A stretch of 64,000 nt of DNA from positions 17,619 through 81,618 of the forward strand of contig CAZRFU010000016.1 of assembly GCA_964599475.1 (NCBI GenBank), written 5' to 3'. The stretch comes from an uncultured Thermoanaerobaculia bacterium (GTDB lineage: Bacteria; Acidobacteriota; Thermoanaerobaculia; Multivoradales; CAZRFU01). This document shows, one piece after another, positions 41,470 through 51,948 of this stretch (position 1 is the stretch's first letter; every line of letters starts with the position of its first letter). The notes beneath the pieces were generated by a model. It had not been told where the DNA came from. It did no database searches and worked only from the letters and a program-made list of their open reading frames with translations. The position numbers and the translations under genes are program-made.

Positions 41470-42846
41470 ATGTCCGCACCTCGCATCGCCGTGATCCTCG
41501 CCGCCGGCCGCGGCACCCGTCTGCGCTCGCGCCTGCCCAAGGTCCTCCACGAGGTGGGCGGCAAACCGCTGCTCGCGTGGCCCCTCGATCTGGCGGCAGA
41601 AGTCGGCTGCGAGCGACGGATCGTGGTGGCGAATCCCGAGTCGCTCCCGGCTCTCCGGAAGGCCTTTCCGGATCCCACGATCGAGTGGCGTATCCAGGAT
41701 CCCCCGCGCGGCACAGGTGATGCACTGGCCTGCGGCCTGGAGGCGGTTTCCGGGGACGCGGCGGTGTTGGTGCTGTCGGGGGATGCACCCTTGCTGAGGG
41801 TCGAAACCGCCGAACGCCTCCTGGCACATGCCGACTCCGGAGCCGGCGCGATGGCGGTAGCGTGGGTCGAACGCCCAGGTTCGCTCGGCCGGGTCTTCGC
41901 CAATGCTCACGGCGCGCTCGAACGCATCGTCGAAGTCGCCGACGCTCGCCCCGAGGAGCTCGAACATGGTCTGGTCAACGCCGGCTTCTACGCCTTCTCG
42001 GCTCGTGCTCTGGCTCCTCAGCTGACCGCCCTCGAGCCCCACAACGCCCAAGGCGAGCTCTACCTGACGGACGCCGTCGTGGCGGCCGCCGCAACGACAT
42101 CCGTGGCGCTGGTCGAGCTCGAGGCCGGCGAGGCCTTGGGGGTCAACTCGCGCGCCGACCTCGCCCGGGTCCAATCTGCCCTGGCCGAGCGCGTTGCAGC
42201 GCGGCTGATGGACGCGGGCGTAACCATCCTCGATCCCAAGAGCACCGTGATCGATGCTGAGGTCACCATCAGCGCCGACACGATCGTCCACGCCGGGGTG
42301 CACCTGCTCGGCCGTTGCCGGATCGGCAGCGGCTGTGTTCTGCACGCCGGCGCGTGGATCCGCTCCAGCATGATCGGCGACGAGGTCGAAGTGTTGCCGT
42401 ATTCGGTCGTCGACCAGGCCCGCGTCGGGTCGGGCTCGAAGGTGGGACCGTTCGCGCGGCTGCGCCCCGGAACCGAGCTCGAAAGTGACGTGCGCGTCGG
42501 CAACTTCGTCGAGGTCAAGAACGCGCGGCTCGCAGCCGGCGTCCGTGCTGGGCATCTGGCCTACCTCGGCGACGCCACCGTCGGGGCCGGAACCAACATC
42601 GGCGCCGGAGTGGTCACCTGCAACTACGACGGCGCCCGCAAGCATCACACGACCATCGGGCGCGACGCCTTCGTCGGCAGCGATACGATGCTGGTGGCGC
42701 CGGTGACGGTGGGCGACCGCAGCACCACCGCCGCCGGATCGGTGATCACTCACGACGTTCCCGACGACGCCTTGGCCGTCGCTCGCGCGCGTCAGCGGGT
42801 GATCGCCGACTGGTCGAGCCGCCGCCCCCGGCGCGAGGAGCACTGA
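41470..42846 (+). CDS. glmU: bifunctional UDP-GlcNAc pyrophosphorylase / GlcN-1-P acetyltransferase
   Basis: AVILAAGRGTRL; C-terminal hexapeptide left-handed beta-helix repeats. Confidence 0.9.
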   Translation: MSAPRIAVILAAGRGTRLRSRLPKVLHEVGGKPLLAWPLDLAAEVGCERRIVVANPESLPALRKAFPDPTIEWRIQDPPRGTGDALACGLEAVSGDAAVLVLSGDAPLLRVETAERLLAHADSGAGAMAVAWVERPGSLGRVFANAHGALERIVEVADARPEELEHGLVNAGFYAFSARALAPQLTALEPHNAQGELYLTDAVVAAAATTSVALVELEAGEALGVNSRADLARVQSALAERVAARLMDAGVTILDPKSTVIDAEVTISADTIVHAGVHLLGRCRIGSGCVLHAGAWIRSSMIGDEVEVLPYSVVDQARVGSGSKVGPFARLRPGTELESDVRVGNFVEVKNARLAAGVRAGHLAYLGDATVGAGTNIGAGVVTCNYDGARKHHTTIGRDAFVGSDTMLVAPVTVGDRSTTAAGSVITHDVPDDALAVARARQRVIADWSSRRPRREEH

Positions 42847-42849
42847 GTC

Positions 42850-44676
42850 ATGTGTGGAATCGTCGGCTATGTCGGCACCAAACAGGCAGCCCCGCTGCTG
42901 CTCGATGGCCTCCGGAGGCTCGAGTATCGCGGCTACGACTCCGCCGGGCTCGCCATTCTCGACGGCCCCGAGCTGTCGGTGCGGCGCGCCGAGGGCAAGC
43001 TGCAGGAGCTCGTCGACCGCGTCGCACACGACCCCGTGACGGGAAGCTGTGGGCTCGGGCACACCCGGTGGGCCACCCACGGGCGACCGTCGGAACGCAA
43101 TGCTCACCCGATTCGCGACGCCTCCGGTCGGGTGGTGGTCATCCACAACGGCATCATCGAGAACTTCCTGCCGCTCAAGCATCGACTCCAGGCCGAGGGC
43201 GTCTCCTTCGTGACGGACACCGACACCGAGGTGATCGCCAACCTGGTCGCCAGCTTCCTCGACCAAACCGGCGGAGATCTGGCCCAGGCCGTGCGCCGCG
43301 CGCGGCGCGAGCTCGAGGGGCACTACGCGTTCGCAGCCCTGGCGCGTGACGGCAGGGTGCTGGTGGCGGCCCGCAGCGGCCCACCCCTGGTCCTCGGCGT
43401 GGGCGAGGGCGAGCTCTTCCTCGCTTCGGATCCCATCGCCCTGCTCGCGTCGACGCGCGACATCATTTTCCTCGAAAACGGCGACCTCGCCCGCCTCGAC
43501 GACACCTCCCTGCGCGTGCTCGACCAGCACGACCGACCAATCGAACGGCCCCTGCAGCGCCTCACCTGGGATCCCATCCAGGCCGAAAAGGGCGGCTACA
43601 AGCACTTCATGCTCAAGGAGATCCACGAGCAGCCGCGAGCCGTCCAGGACACCTTCGGCGGCCGCCTGGACTTCTCCCGCCGTGAGGTCACCCTCGATGG
43701 CTTCGAAGCCGTGGCGTCGCAATTGCGCGATGCCCAGCGGCTGGTACTGTTGGCCTGCGGCACCTCGTGGCACGCCGCGCTGGTCGGCAAGTTCATGATC
43801 GAGAGCCTTGCCGGGCTGCCGGTCGAGGTCGACTACGGCTCGGAATACCGCTACCGCAACCCCATCGTGCGCCCCAATACCGTCGCGGTCGGCATCACCC
43901 AGAGCGGCGAAACCGCCGACACCCTCTCGGCGATGGAGGCCGCCAAGGAGCGCGGCGCCACCCTGCTGACCATCTGCAACGTGCCCGGCAGTCAGGCCAC
44001 CCGCATCACCGATGGCGCCCTGCTGACCCATGCCGGCCCCGAAATCGGCGTCGCCTCGACCAAGGCCTTCACCACTCAGCTGGTCGCGCTCTACCTGCTG
44101 GCCCTCGAGCTTCGCAGCCGTCAGGGCCTGGCCTTGGCCGAAGAGCACCTCGGCGCTTTGGCGCACCTGCCCAGCGCCCTCGAGGAGGTCCTCGGGCTCG
44201 AGGCCCAGATCGACGAGGTCGCACGCCAGTTCCACCGCGCCGAGGACTTCCTCTACCTCGGCCGCGGCGCCAACTACCCGATCGCTCTCGAGGGTGCGCT
44301 CAAGCTCAAGGAAATCAGCTACATCCACGCCGAGGGTTATCCCGCCGGCGAGATGAAACACGGACCCATCGCCCTGATCGACGAGGACCTGCCGGTCGTG
44401 GCGATCGCCACCGACGACATGGTCTTCGACAAGGTCCGCAGCAACCTCCAGGAGGTCCGTGCTCGCGACGGTCGCGTCCTGGTCGTGACCGATCGGCCGC
44501 CGAGCGAATTCGCCGACCTCGCCGAGGTGGTGTTCCCGGTGCCGCGCCTGTCTCGCCACCTCCAGCCGATCGTCAACGTCGTGCCGCTCCAGCTGTTGGC
44601 ATACTCGATCGGAGTCAAGCGCGGCTGCGACGTCGACCAACCGCGCAACCTGGCCAAGAGTGTGACCGTCGAGTGA
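42850..44676 (+). CDS. glmS: glutamine--fructose-6-phosphate aminotransferase
   Basis: MCGIVGYVG...; 608 aa; ends KSVTVE. Confidence 0.95.
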   Translation: MCGIVGYVGTKQAAPLLLDGLRRLEYRGYDSAGLAILDGPELSVRRAEGKLQELVDRVAHDPVTGSCGLGHTRWATHGRPSERNAHPIRDASGRVVVIHNGIIENFLPLKHRLQAEGVSFVTDTDTEVIANLVASFLDQTGGDLAQAVRRARRELEGHYAFAALARDGRVLVAARSGPPLVLGVGEGELFLASDPIALLASTRDIIFLENGDLARLDDTSLRVLDQHDRPIERPLQRLTWDPIQAEKGGYKHFMLKEIHEQPRAVQDTFGGRLDFSRREVTLDGFEAVASQLRDAQRLVLLACGTSWHAALVGKFMIESLAGLPVEVDYGSEYRYRNPIVRPNTVAVGITQSGETADTLSAMEAAKERGATLLTICNVPGSQATRITDGALLTHAGPEIGVASTKAFTTQLVALYLLALELRSRQGLALAEEHLGALAHLPSALEEVLGLEAQIDEVARQFHRAEDFLYLGRGANYPIALEGALKLKEISYIHAEGYPAGEMKHGPIALIDEDLPVVAIATDDMVFDKVRSNLQEVRARDGRVLVVTDRPPSEFADLAEVVFPVPRLSRHLQPIVNVVPLQLLAYSIGVKRGCDVDQPRNLAKSVTVE

Positions 44677-46889
44677 AGGCGACGGGCGATCTGCTCGCCG
44701 CTCTCGATCCGGATCAGCGCGCCGCCGTCACGCACGGGGAGGGTCCCCAACTGGTGCTCGCCGGCGCCGGGTCCGGCAAGACCCGCGTGATCACGTACCG
44801 CATCGCCTTCCTGGTGCGCGAATGTGGGGTCGTCCCCGAGGCGATCAGCGCGATGACTTTCACCAACAAGGCCGCGGCCGAAATGCGCGAGCGGGTCCAA
44901 GGGCTGCTCGGCTGGGAGAGCCTGCCGACCTTCGTCGGGACCTTCCACCGCTTCGCCCTGCGCGGTTTGCGGCGCTTTGGCCGCCGCGTCGGGCTGGCAC
45001 CCGACTTCGCGATCTTCGACACCAAGGATCAGCTCGAGCTGGTCAAACGTGCCCTCGAGCTCGAGGGGCTGGCCGAGACGAGCTTCCCGCCGCGCACGGT
45101 GCTCTCGCGCATCAGCGCATGTAAGAACCGCCTGCAGGATCCCGAACACTTCGCGCGCGAGGCCGTGGGCTTTTTCGAGGAGCGGCTCGCGCCGGTGTAT
45201 CGGCGCTACCAAGGCCTGTTGCACAAGGCCTCCGCGGTCGACTTCGACGACATGTTGTTCCTGGCGGTGCGGCTGCTGCGCGAAGCGCCCGAGGTGCGCG
45301 AGTGGGGCTGGGGCGGTCCAGAGTATTTGCTCGTCGACGAGTTCCAGGACACCAATACCGCCCAGCTCGAGCTGGTGCGCCTGCTGATCGGCGAGAGCGG
45401 CAACCTCACGGCGGTGGGCGACGAGGATCAGGGAATCTACCGGTGGCGGGGTGCCGAGCTCCAGAACATCCTCGAGTTCGAAAAGAGTTTCCCTGGGGCC
45501 ACGGTGCGTAAGCTCGAACGCAACTACCGCTCGACCAAGACCATCGTCGACGCGGCCAGCGCCGTGGTTGCCAACAATCGCCTGCGACGAGGCAAGACCC
45601 TGTGGACGGACCGTGAAGCCGGGGCCACGATTTCGGTCTTCCACGCCGCCGACGAGGGTGAAGAGGCCACCTGGATCGGCGCCGGCATCAGCCGTCTGCT
45701 GCGTGAGTACCGCGCCGACCAGATCGCCGTGCTCGTCCGTACCCACGCCCAGACGCGTGTTCTCGAGGAGGACCTGCTGCGCCGGGGCATCCCTTACCAG
45801 CTGCTGGCAGGCGTTCGCTTCTACGACCGCGCGGAGATCAAGGACATCCTCGCCTGGTTGCGAGTGCTGCGCAACCCTCGCGACGATTGGTCCCTTTCAC
45901 GGGTGATCAACGTGCCTCCGCGCGGGATCGGCGCGGGCACGGTCGAGTCGCTCACTCAACGCGCGAACGAGCTCGGTGGGGTGCGCCTGTGGGACGTCCT
46001 CGCCCAGCGCGCCCTGCACGACCTCCCCTCACGGGGCCGCCGCGCCCTCGAGGCTTTCGCCGAGTTGGTCGAGTCGCTTCAGCGCAGTATCGACCAGCAC
46101 GACCTTCCCAGCCTCCTACTCGATCTGCTGCAGCGCACCCGCTACCGCGAGCTCTACGCCTCCGAAACCGAAGAGGACGACGCGCGCCTGGCCAACATCG
46201 ACGAACTGGTCTCGGCGGCCGGAGAGCTCCAGGAATCCGACCCGAACCTACGCGGAGCCGAAGCCCTGACCGCGTTCCTCGACCACGTGTCGCTGGTCGC
46301 CGATGTCGATGGGGCGGGTGCCAGCGGGGTCTTGCTCATGACCTTCCACACCGCCAAGGGCCTCGAGTTCCCGGCGGTGTTCCTCGCGGGCCTCGAGGAC
46401 GGGCTGATGCCGCATTTCAACTCCAAGGACAACCTTGCCGATCTCGAGGAGGAACGCCGCCTGCTGTACGTCGGAATGACCCGAGCCCAGGAGCGGCTGC
46501 TGCTGTCGACCTGCCGACGACGACGGGTTTCGGGCACCTGGATGGATCGCGAGCCCTCGGCGTTCCTCACCGAGGTCCCGGGCTCGCTGGTGGACGAGGA
46601 ACGCTCCTCGGCGCTGTGGCGTCCCACCCGCGAACAGTCCGTCTACAGCTTCTTCCAGGGCGGCTCGCGGCCCAGCCCTCCCGCCTCGGCCCCGCGCCGT
46701 CCGGCTCCAACGGCAGGCCCCGCCGGCGGCTCCGGGTTCCGGCCGGGTACTCGGGTCGTGCACCCGACGCTCGGGCCGGGCGTGATCCTCGAGGTCGACA
46801 CCGCCGGTGAGGAGAGACTCACGGTTTTCTTCGAGCGAGCCGGAAAGAGGCGCTTGGTCGCCAAGTACGCCAACCTCACTCGGGCGTAG
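44673..46889 (+). CDS. uvrD: ATP-dependent DNA helicase UvrD/PcrA/Rep family
   Basis: GTG start overlapping the glmS stop (GTGA); GAGSGKT, DEFQDTN, helicase motifs. Confidence 0.85.
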   Translation: MKATGDLLAALDPDQRAAVTHGEGPQLVLAGAGSGKTRVITYRIAFLVRECGVVPEAISAMTFTNKAAAEMRERVQGLLGWESLPTFVGTFHRFALRGLRRFGRRVGLAPDFAIFDTKDQLELVKRALELEGLAETSFPPRTVLSRISACKNRLQDPEHFAREAVGFFEERLAPVYRRYQGLLHKASAVDFDDMLFLAVRLLREAPEVREWGWGGPEYLLVDEFQDTNTAQLELVRLLIGESGNLTAVGDEDQGIYRWRGAELQNILEFEKSFPGATVRKLERNYRSTKTIVDAASAVVANNRLRRGKTLWTDREAGATISVFHAADEGEEATWIGAGISRLLREYRADQIAVLVRTHAQTRVLEEDLLRRGIPYQLLAGVRFYDRAEIKDILAWLRVLRNPRDDWSLSRVINVPPRGIGAGTVESLTQRANELGGVRLWDVLAQRALHDLPSRGRRALEAFAELVESLQRSIDQHDLPSLLLDLLQRTRYRELYASETEEDDARLANIDELVSAAGELQESDPNLRGAEALTAFLDHVSLVADVDGAGASGVLLMTFHTAKGLEFPAVFLAGLEDGLMPHFNSKDNLADLEEERRLLYVGMTRAQERLLLSTCRRRRVSGTWMDREPSAFLTEVPGSLVDEERSSALWRPTREQSVYSFFQGGSRPSPPASAPRRPAPTAGPAGGSGFRPGTRVVHPTLGPGVILEVDTAGEERLTVFFERAGKRRLVAKYANLTRA

Positions 46890-46950
46890 GCTGGCATACG
46901 GGATCGGGTATCGGGGCCAAGACACCGGAGGCCCGTCGCGAAGGCCTCGC

Positions 46951-47910
46951 TCAGCCCCAGCCGGCGGCCAGCTCGCAGCTCATCACCACCGACTGCCGCG
47001 CATACCCAGGGTGCCTCACCGGAGGCGCCGGCACCGGTGAGAAGCCCAGGCTGCGGAAGAACGCCATCGCAACCGGCAGCTGGGGGCTGGTGAAGAGAAA
47101 GAGGCGATCGATGCCGCGTCGCGCGCACAAACCGATGGCGGCACGAGCGAGACCTCGCCCGATCCCGCGACGACGATAAGCCGGCCGCACCGCCATCTTG
47201 GTGAGCTCGGCTACGGCGGCATCGTCGAGGTCATGGAACATCAAGGCGCAGGTGCCCACGACCTCTCCCTTCGCCAAGGCAAAGAGGATCTCGCCGCCGG
47301 CCGCGATCACCACCTCGGCAGGGCGCTCCAGCACCTCGCGATCGAGTGGCTCGACCTCGAACGTCTCTTCCAGCCACTCGAGGTTCAGCGCTCGAAAGGC
47401 CGGCGCCAACTCCGGACGGAACTCGACGATCTCGAAGTCGCGGCTGGGCTCGAGACGCTCGCGTAGCGGCCGCTCACCGAGCTTCATCTCGAGGCGTTCG
47501 AGCTGGGCGAGCAGCCCGGCTGCCTGGCTTTCCTCGACCAGCTCGAACGTCGCCCGCTCGACCGATCGCCACAGCGGCTGCAGCCGCTGCAGCACCTCGG
47601 CGCCGCGTGGCGTGATCGTCACCAGCCGTGGACCTCGGCCCGAGGCGCCACCGCCACAGACCGCAAAGCCGCGCTGCTCGAGCGCTCGCACCGCTTGGTT
47701 GAGCTGGGAGTATTCGAGCCCCAGCTGTGCCGCCAGATCGACCATCGCCACCGGCTCCGCACCGAGCGCCCGCAGCACCAGGAACCAGCGTGCACGCAGG
47801 TCGACACCGTGTTGAGTGTAGATCGTCGAGACCTCCTCCTGGAGCTGCTCACCGAGGCGCCGCAACCGACTCGCCAAACCTAGGCAACCAAGTTCCCTCA
47901 ACAGGTCCAC
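46951..47910 (-). CDS. MarR-type HTH fused to GNAT N-acetyltransferase
   Basis: GTG 47910; MarR wHTH (VAMVDLAAQLGLEYSQLNQAVRALEQRGF) then GNAT motifs (RRRGIGRGL). Confidence 0.65.
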   Translation of the reverse strand: MDLLRELGCLGLASRLRRLGEQLQEEVSTIYTQHGVDLRARWFLVLRALGAEPVAMVDLAAQLGLEYSQLNQAVRALEQRGFAVCGGGASGRGPRLVTITPRGAEVLQRLQPLWRSVERATFELVEESQAAGLLAQLERLEMKLGERPLRERLEPSRDFEIVEFRPELAPAFRALNLEWLEETFEVEPLDREVLERPAEVVIAAGGEILFALAKGEVVGTCALMFHDLDDAAVAELTKMAVRPAYRRRGIGRGLARAAIGLCARRGIDRLFLFTSPQLPVAMAFFRSLGFSPVPAPPVRHPGYARQSVVMSCELAAGWG

Positions 47911-47971
47911 ATGGGCACTACGGACCGGCACGCCCACGGTTGCACCATCGGCCTGGTATCCTCGCGCCTCG

Positions 47972-49138
47972 ATGCGGATCCTGCACACCGCCGATTGGCA
48001 CCTCGGTCGGCGCCTCGGCCGTTTCGACCGCGACGACGATTTTCGCGCGGCGCTCGACCAGGTGGTCGAGCACGCCGACAACACCCGCGCCGATGTCGTC
48101 CTGGTTGCCGGCGATCTGCTCGAGAGCGCACGCCCCACGGTCGAAGCGCTCCGTCTAATGCTCGAGACCCTCGAGCGCCTCGCAGCGGACGGCAGACAGG
48201 TCGTCGCCATCGCGGGGAACCACGATCCCCCGGCGATGTTCGAGTTGCTCGCTCCGCTGCTGCCCTCGCGTCGCATCCACCTGGTGGGCGAGGTCAAGCG
48301 CCCCGACGACGGCGGCATCGTCGACCTCGTGGTCGGCGAGGAACGTCTCGCCGTCGGCTGTCTGCCGTTCTTGCGCGAGGGACGGGTCGTCGACTTCACC
48401 AGCGCCAGCGGCCGCTGGCACGGCGCCTACGCCGACCGCCTGCGCCGGGTCGCGGAGGCCTACTCGAAGGCCCTCGTCGACCGCGGCCCCGACGTCGTCA
48501 AGGTGCTGATGGCGCACTTCCTGATCGACGGCGTGTTGCTCGGCCGCGGCGACGCCGCCGGACAACCGCGAGGCGAGCGGCCGCTGCACCTCGGACAGGC
48601 CTGGGCAGCCACCCACCAGGCGATCCCAACCGGCCCCCACTACGTTGCCCTGGGACACATCCACGCACCTCAAAGTGCTCCCAATTCGCCGATTCCGGCC
48701 GAGTACGCCGGCTCCCTGCTCGAGCTCGACTTCGGCGAAGCAGGTGAAGCCAAGCGTGTGGTCCTGGTCGACGCCGCCCCCGGCAAACCGGTGCACCTCG
48801 AAACGCTGCCGGTTTGCGCCGGCAAGCCACTGCGGCGCGTGATCGGCAGCTGGGCCGCGATCGAGGCGCAACGCGAAGCCCTCGCCGATGTCTGGCTCGA
48901 TCTGGTGGTCAAGACCAACGGCCCGGAGCCCGGCCTGGCAGACCGAGCTCGCGAGCTCTTCCCCTTCCTGGTCAAGGTCCGAGCCGACTACGGCCGAACG
49001 CTGCCGCAGACCACGCCCCAAGCTGGGCGGAGCTGGGACGAGTTGTGGTCGGAGTGGCGCCTCGGCGAAGGTCGACCACGACCGAGCCCGGCCGAGCTCG
49101 CGGCCTTCCGCGAGTTGCTCGAGGAGGTCCGGGAGTGA
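47972..49138 (+). CDS. sbcD: DNA double-strand-break exonuclease SbcD (Mre11-like)
   Basis: MRILHTADWHLG, GNHD, GHIH phosphoesterase motifs. Confidence 0.85.
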   Translation: MRILHTADWHLGRRLGRFDRDDDFRAALDQVVEHADNTRADVVLVAGDLLESARPTVEALRLMLETLERLAADGRQVVAIAGNHDPPAMFELLAPLLPSRRIHLVGEVKRPDDGGIVDLVVGEERLAVGCLPFLREGRVVDFTSASGRWHGAYADRLRRVAEAYSKALVDRGPDVVKVLMAHFLIDGVLLGRGDAAGQPRGERPLHLGQAWAATHQAIPTGPHYVALGHIHAPQSAPNSPIPAEYAGSLLELDFGEAGEAKRVVLVDAAPGKPVHLETLPVCAGKPLRRVIGSWAAIEAQREALADVWLDLVVKTNGPEPGLADRARELFPFLVKVRADYGRTLPQTTPQAGRSWDELWSEWRLGEGRPRPSPAELAAFRELLEEVRE

Positions 49139-51501
49139 GGCCCCTCGAGCTGGTCTTGGAAGGCTTTCGATCCTGGGGAGATCGGGCGACGTTCGATTTC
49201 CGCAATCGTCACCTGGTCGCAATCGTCGGGCCGATCGGCAGCGGCAAGAGCTCCTTGCTCGACGCCATCGCCTTCGCCCTGTACGCGCGCACGCCCCGAA
49301 TCGAGAAGGAAGTGGCCGCGCTGATCCGCCACGGCTGCGACGAGGCACGGGTCGAGCTGCTGTTTGAAGCCGGTGGCTCAGCCTACCGCGCCATTCGCGT
49401 GATCAAGCGCAAGGGCGCCAATCAACATGCGCTGTGGCGTTACGCCGACGACGCCGGAGCCGGTGAGCCGATCGAGCGGCTCGATCGTGCGCGGGAAATC
49501 GACGAGCGGCTTCACCAGGTGGTGGGGCTCGACTTCACCGCCTTCTGCCGCTCGGTACTGCTCGCCCAGAACCAGTTTGCACGGTTCCTCGAGGCGCCGC
49601 CGGCCGAACGCGACGCCGTGCTCAAGGGCCTTTTCGGCTTCGAGCGACTGGACGCGATGCGCGAGCTCGCTCGGCAACGGGAAGAACGCTGCAAGGCCGA
49701 GCTCGGCGGGCTCGAGCGCCGCCTGTCCGAGCTGAGCCAGCTGGAGCAGCAGCTTCCCGGTCTCGAAGCCCGCACCGCAGCGGCGGCAGCTCGTGTCGCC
49801 CAGTTGCGCCAGGCAGCGCCCGACTTCGAGCGGATCCAAGCCGCCCGCCAGGAAGCAAACGAGCTCGAACAGCAGACCCGCAAGGCGCGGCAGGGTCTCG
49901 CCGCGATCGAACGCGATCTCCCACCGCCGCAACAGGTCACCGACCTCGCCTCGGGCGCCGCACGGCGCCAAGCAACCCTCGACCAGACCAACCGAGCGCT
50001 GGCGCAGATCGAGGCGGCTCTGCTGCGCTGCGAAGAAGCCGAAGCGACGACCCTCACCGCCATCGCGGCCCAGACCTCGGCCCTGCACCACCTCGGCCTC
50101 GAACGCGCCGAAGACTCGCTGCGCGCTGCCATCGCCGCCGACCACGACTGCCGCGCCGCACTCACCGCGGCCGAGGAGAAGCTCGAGCGCGCGAGAGAGA
50201 CACTGCGCCGCACCGAGCACGGGCAGTACGCCGCCCTGCTGCGAGAAGACCTCGAGCACGGCCAGCCGTGCCCGGTCTGCGACCAGCCGGTGCCGGTGGT
50301 CCCGCAGGCGCGCCCGGTCCCCGAGCTGGACCATGCCCGCACCCAGAGGACGCTGGCCGAGAACGAGCGGGCCCTCCGGGCCCAGGCCCTGGAGCGCGCT
50401 CACCGCGAGGCCGCCGCCGCCGAGGCCAAACGCAACGCAGCACAGTCCGCGCTCGAGGCGTGGCAGGCCTCGAACCCCGACGTGGTAGCGAGCGCTGATC
50501 CCGATCCGCAGGCCGCCCGTGCCGCCGCTACTGCCGACCTCGAGCAGATCCGCCGCGAGCGCGCCGCTCTGCGCCTCGATCGAGACCGAGCCCGGACGCG
50601 CCTCGCCGAAGCCCAGGCTGCGGTGGCCGGCATCGAAGCCGAGGTGTCCGAGCTCGTACGGCGCCTCGAACGGCTCGCCGGCAGACTCGACCTGGACCAG
50701 CTTCCGGAAGGCCTAGTAGCAGCTCGGACGCAGCTCCACGACGAGCTCGAGCGGCGCATCGCCGGAGCCGAGGCCACCATCGCGGAAACGAGGGCGGCCA
50801 CGGCCGCCCTGGACAGCCGGATCCTGGCGTTGTGCACCGCCGTGGGTCTCGAACCGACAACCTCCTTCGACGGGGCCCTGGCCGAGGCCGAGCGCTCCCT
50901 CACCCGCCACGAGACGGAGCTCGCAGCCCTGCGAGACCGACTCCGCGAAGCCGAGCTACGGCGCGGCGAGCTGGACCACTGGCGCGAACAGTTGTCGATC
51001 TGGAGTGGCCTGGCCGAGGACCTGCGCCCTTCGCGCCTGCTTCGTCACCTGCTCGACGAAGAGCGCCGGCGTTTGGCGGCAATCGCTGCAGAGCGCTTCG
51101 AAAACCTCTCAGGGGGCCGCTACCGGTTCAGCCCGGATGGCAGCTTCGCCGTCGTCGATCTCGCCAACGCCGAGGAGCTGCGCCGCCTCGACACCCTCTC
51201 CGGTGGCGAGACCTTCCTCGCCGCGCTGGCTCTCGCCCTGGCCCTTGCCGAGATCGTCGCCGGTGGTGGCGGACGCCTCGACGCGTTTTTCCTCGACGAG
51301 GGCTTCGGCAGCCTCGACCAGGAGCACCTGCGACTGGCCCTCGACGGCATCGAGCACCTCGTCGTCGATGCCCCTGGGCGTCTGGTGCTCCTGGTCAGCC
51401 ACGTGCCCGAGGTCCAGGAGCGCTTCGACGACGTCATCTCACTCGACCGCGAACCGCTCCAGGGCGCGTCGATCATCCGCTCCGGGGCGACGCCACCGTA
51501 G
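49135..51501 (+). CDS. sbcC: SbcC/Rad50-like ATPase (short, 789 aa)
   Basis: GTGA overlap with sbcD; Walker A GPIGSGKSS; zinc hook CPVCDQP; C-terminal LSGGETFLAALALAL...DEGFGSLD. Confidence 0.8.
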   Translation: MRPLELVLEGFRSWGDRATFDFRNRHLVAIVGPIGSGKSSLLDAIAFALYARTPRIEKEVAALIRHGCDEARVELLFEAGGSAYRAIRVIKRKGANQHALWRYADDAGAGEPIERLDRAREIDERLHQVVGLDFTAFCRSVLLAQNQFARFLEAPPAERDAVLKGLFGFERLDAMRELARQREERCKAELGGLERRLSELSQLEQQLPGLEARTAAAAARVAQLRQAAPDFERIQAARQEANELEQQTRKARQGLAAIERDLPPPQQVTDLASGAARRQATLDQTNRALAQIEAALLRCEEAEATTLTAIAAQTSALHHLGLERAEDSLRAAIAADHDCRAALTAAEEKLERARETLRRTEHGQYAALLREDLEHGQPCPVCDQPVPVVPQARPVPELDHARTQRTLAENERALRAQALERAHREAAAAEAKRNAAQSALEAWQASNPDVVASADPDPQAARAAATADLEQIRRERAALRLDRDRARTRLAEAQAAVAGIEAEVSELVRRLERLAGRLDLDQLPEGLVAARTQLHDELERRIAGAEATIAETRAATAALDSRILALCTAVGLEPTTSFDGALAEAERSLTRHETELAALRDRLREAELRRGELDHWREQLSIWSGLAEDLRPSRLLRHLLDEERRRLAAIAAERFENLSGGRYRFSPDGSFAVVDLANAEELRRLDTLSGGETFLAALALALALAEIVAGGGGRLDAFFLDEGFGSLDQEHLRLALDGIEHLVVDAPGRLVLLVSHVPEVQERFDDVISLDREPLQGASIIRSGATPP

Positions 51502-51537
51502 CAGCCCGTGGTGCGCCCCGGGTCCCGGGTCCCTGAG

Positions 51538-51948
51538 CTAGCCTTCCGGCTTCGGGTCGCCGCCGGCCTCGGAATCGCTCTCGGTGCCGTCCGCTTCGTC
51601 GACGATCTTGGGAGCGGCTCGGAAGACCGGAGTGAAACGCTCGCGGATGCCGTCGAGGGAGATGCTCTCGACGTAGTACCAATAGGCGCGGCGCGGATCG
51701 ATGGTGCGATCGACGAAGACGTAGGCCTGTGGTTCGTCGACGGTTCCGGCGCCGGGAATCGGCGTTTCGGTGAGGCGCTCGAACGGGCCTTCTTCGGCGT
51801 CGCCGCGGTAGACGTCGAAGCCGAAGTTCTCGACCTCACTCGCGGTCTTCCACTTGAGCGTGTTGGTGTACTCGGTCACCTCGTCTGCGACCGCCGAGGC
51901 GGCGCTCAGCAGCCCGAGCGCGAGCAGGGCCAGGAACTTGTTGCGCAT
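51538..51948 (-). CDS. small secreted protein (fibronectin-III-like)
   Basis: Signal peptide MRNKFLALLALGLLSAASAVA; ATGA-coupled to the upstream peptidase gene. Confidence 0.5.
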   Translation of the reverse strand: MRNKFLALLALGLLSAASAVADEVTEYTNTLKWKTASEVENFGFDVYRGDAEEGPFERLTETPIPGAGTVDEPQAYVFVDRTIDPRRAYWYYVESISLDGIRERFTPVFRAAPKIVDEADGTESDSEAGGDPKPEG

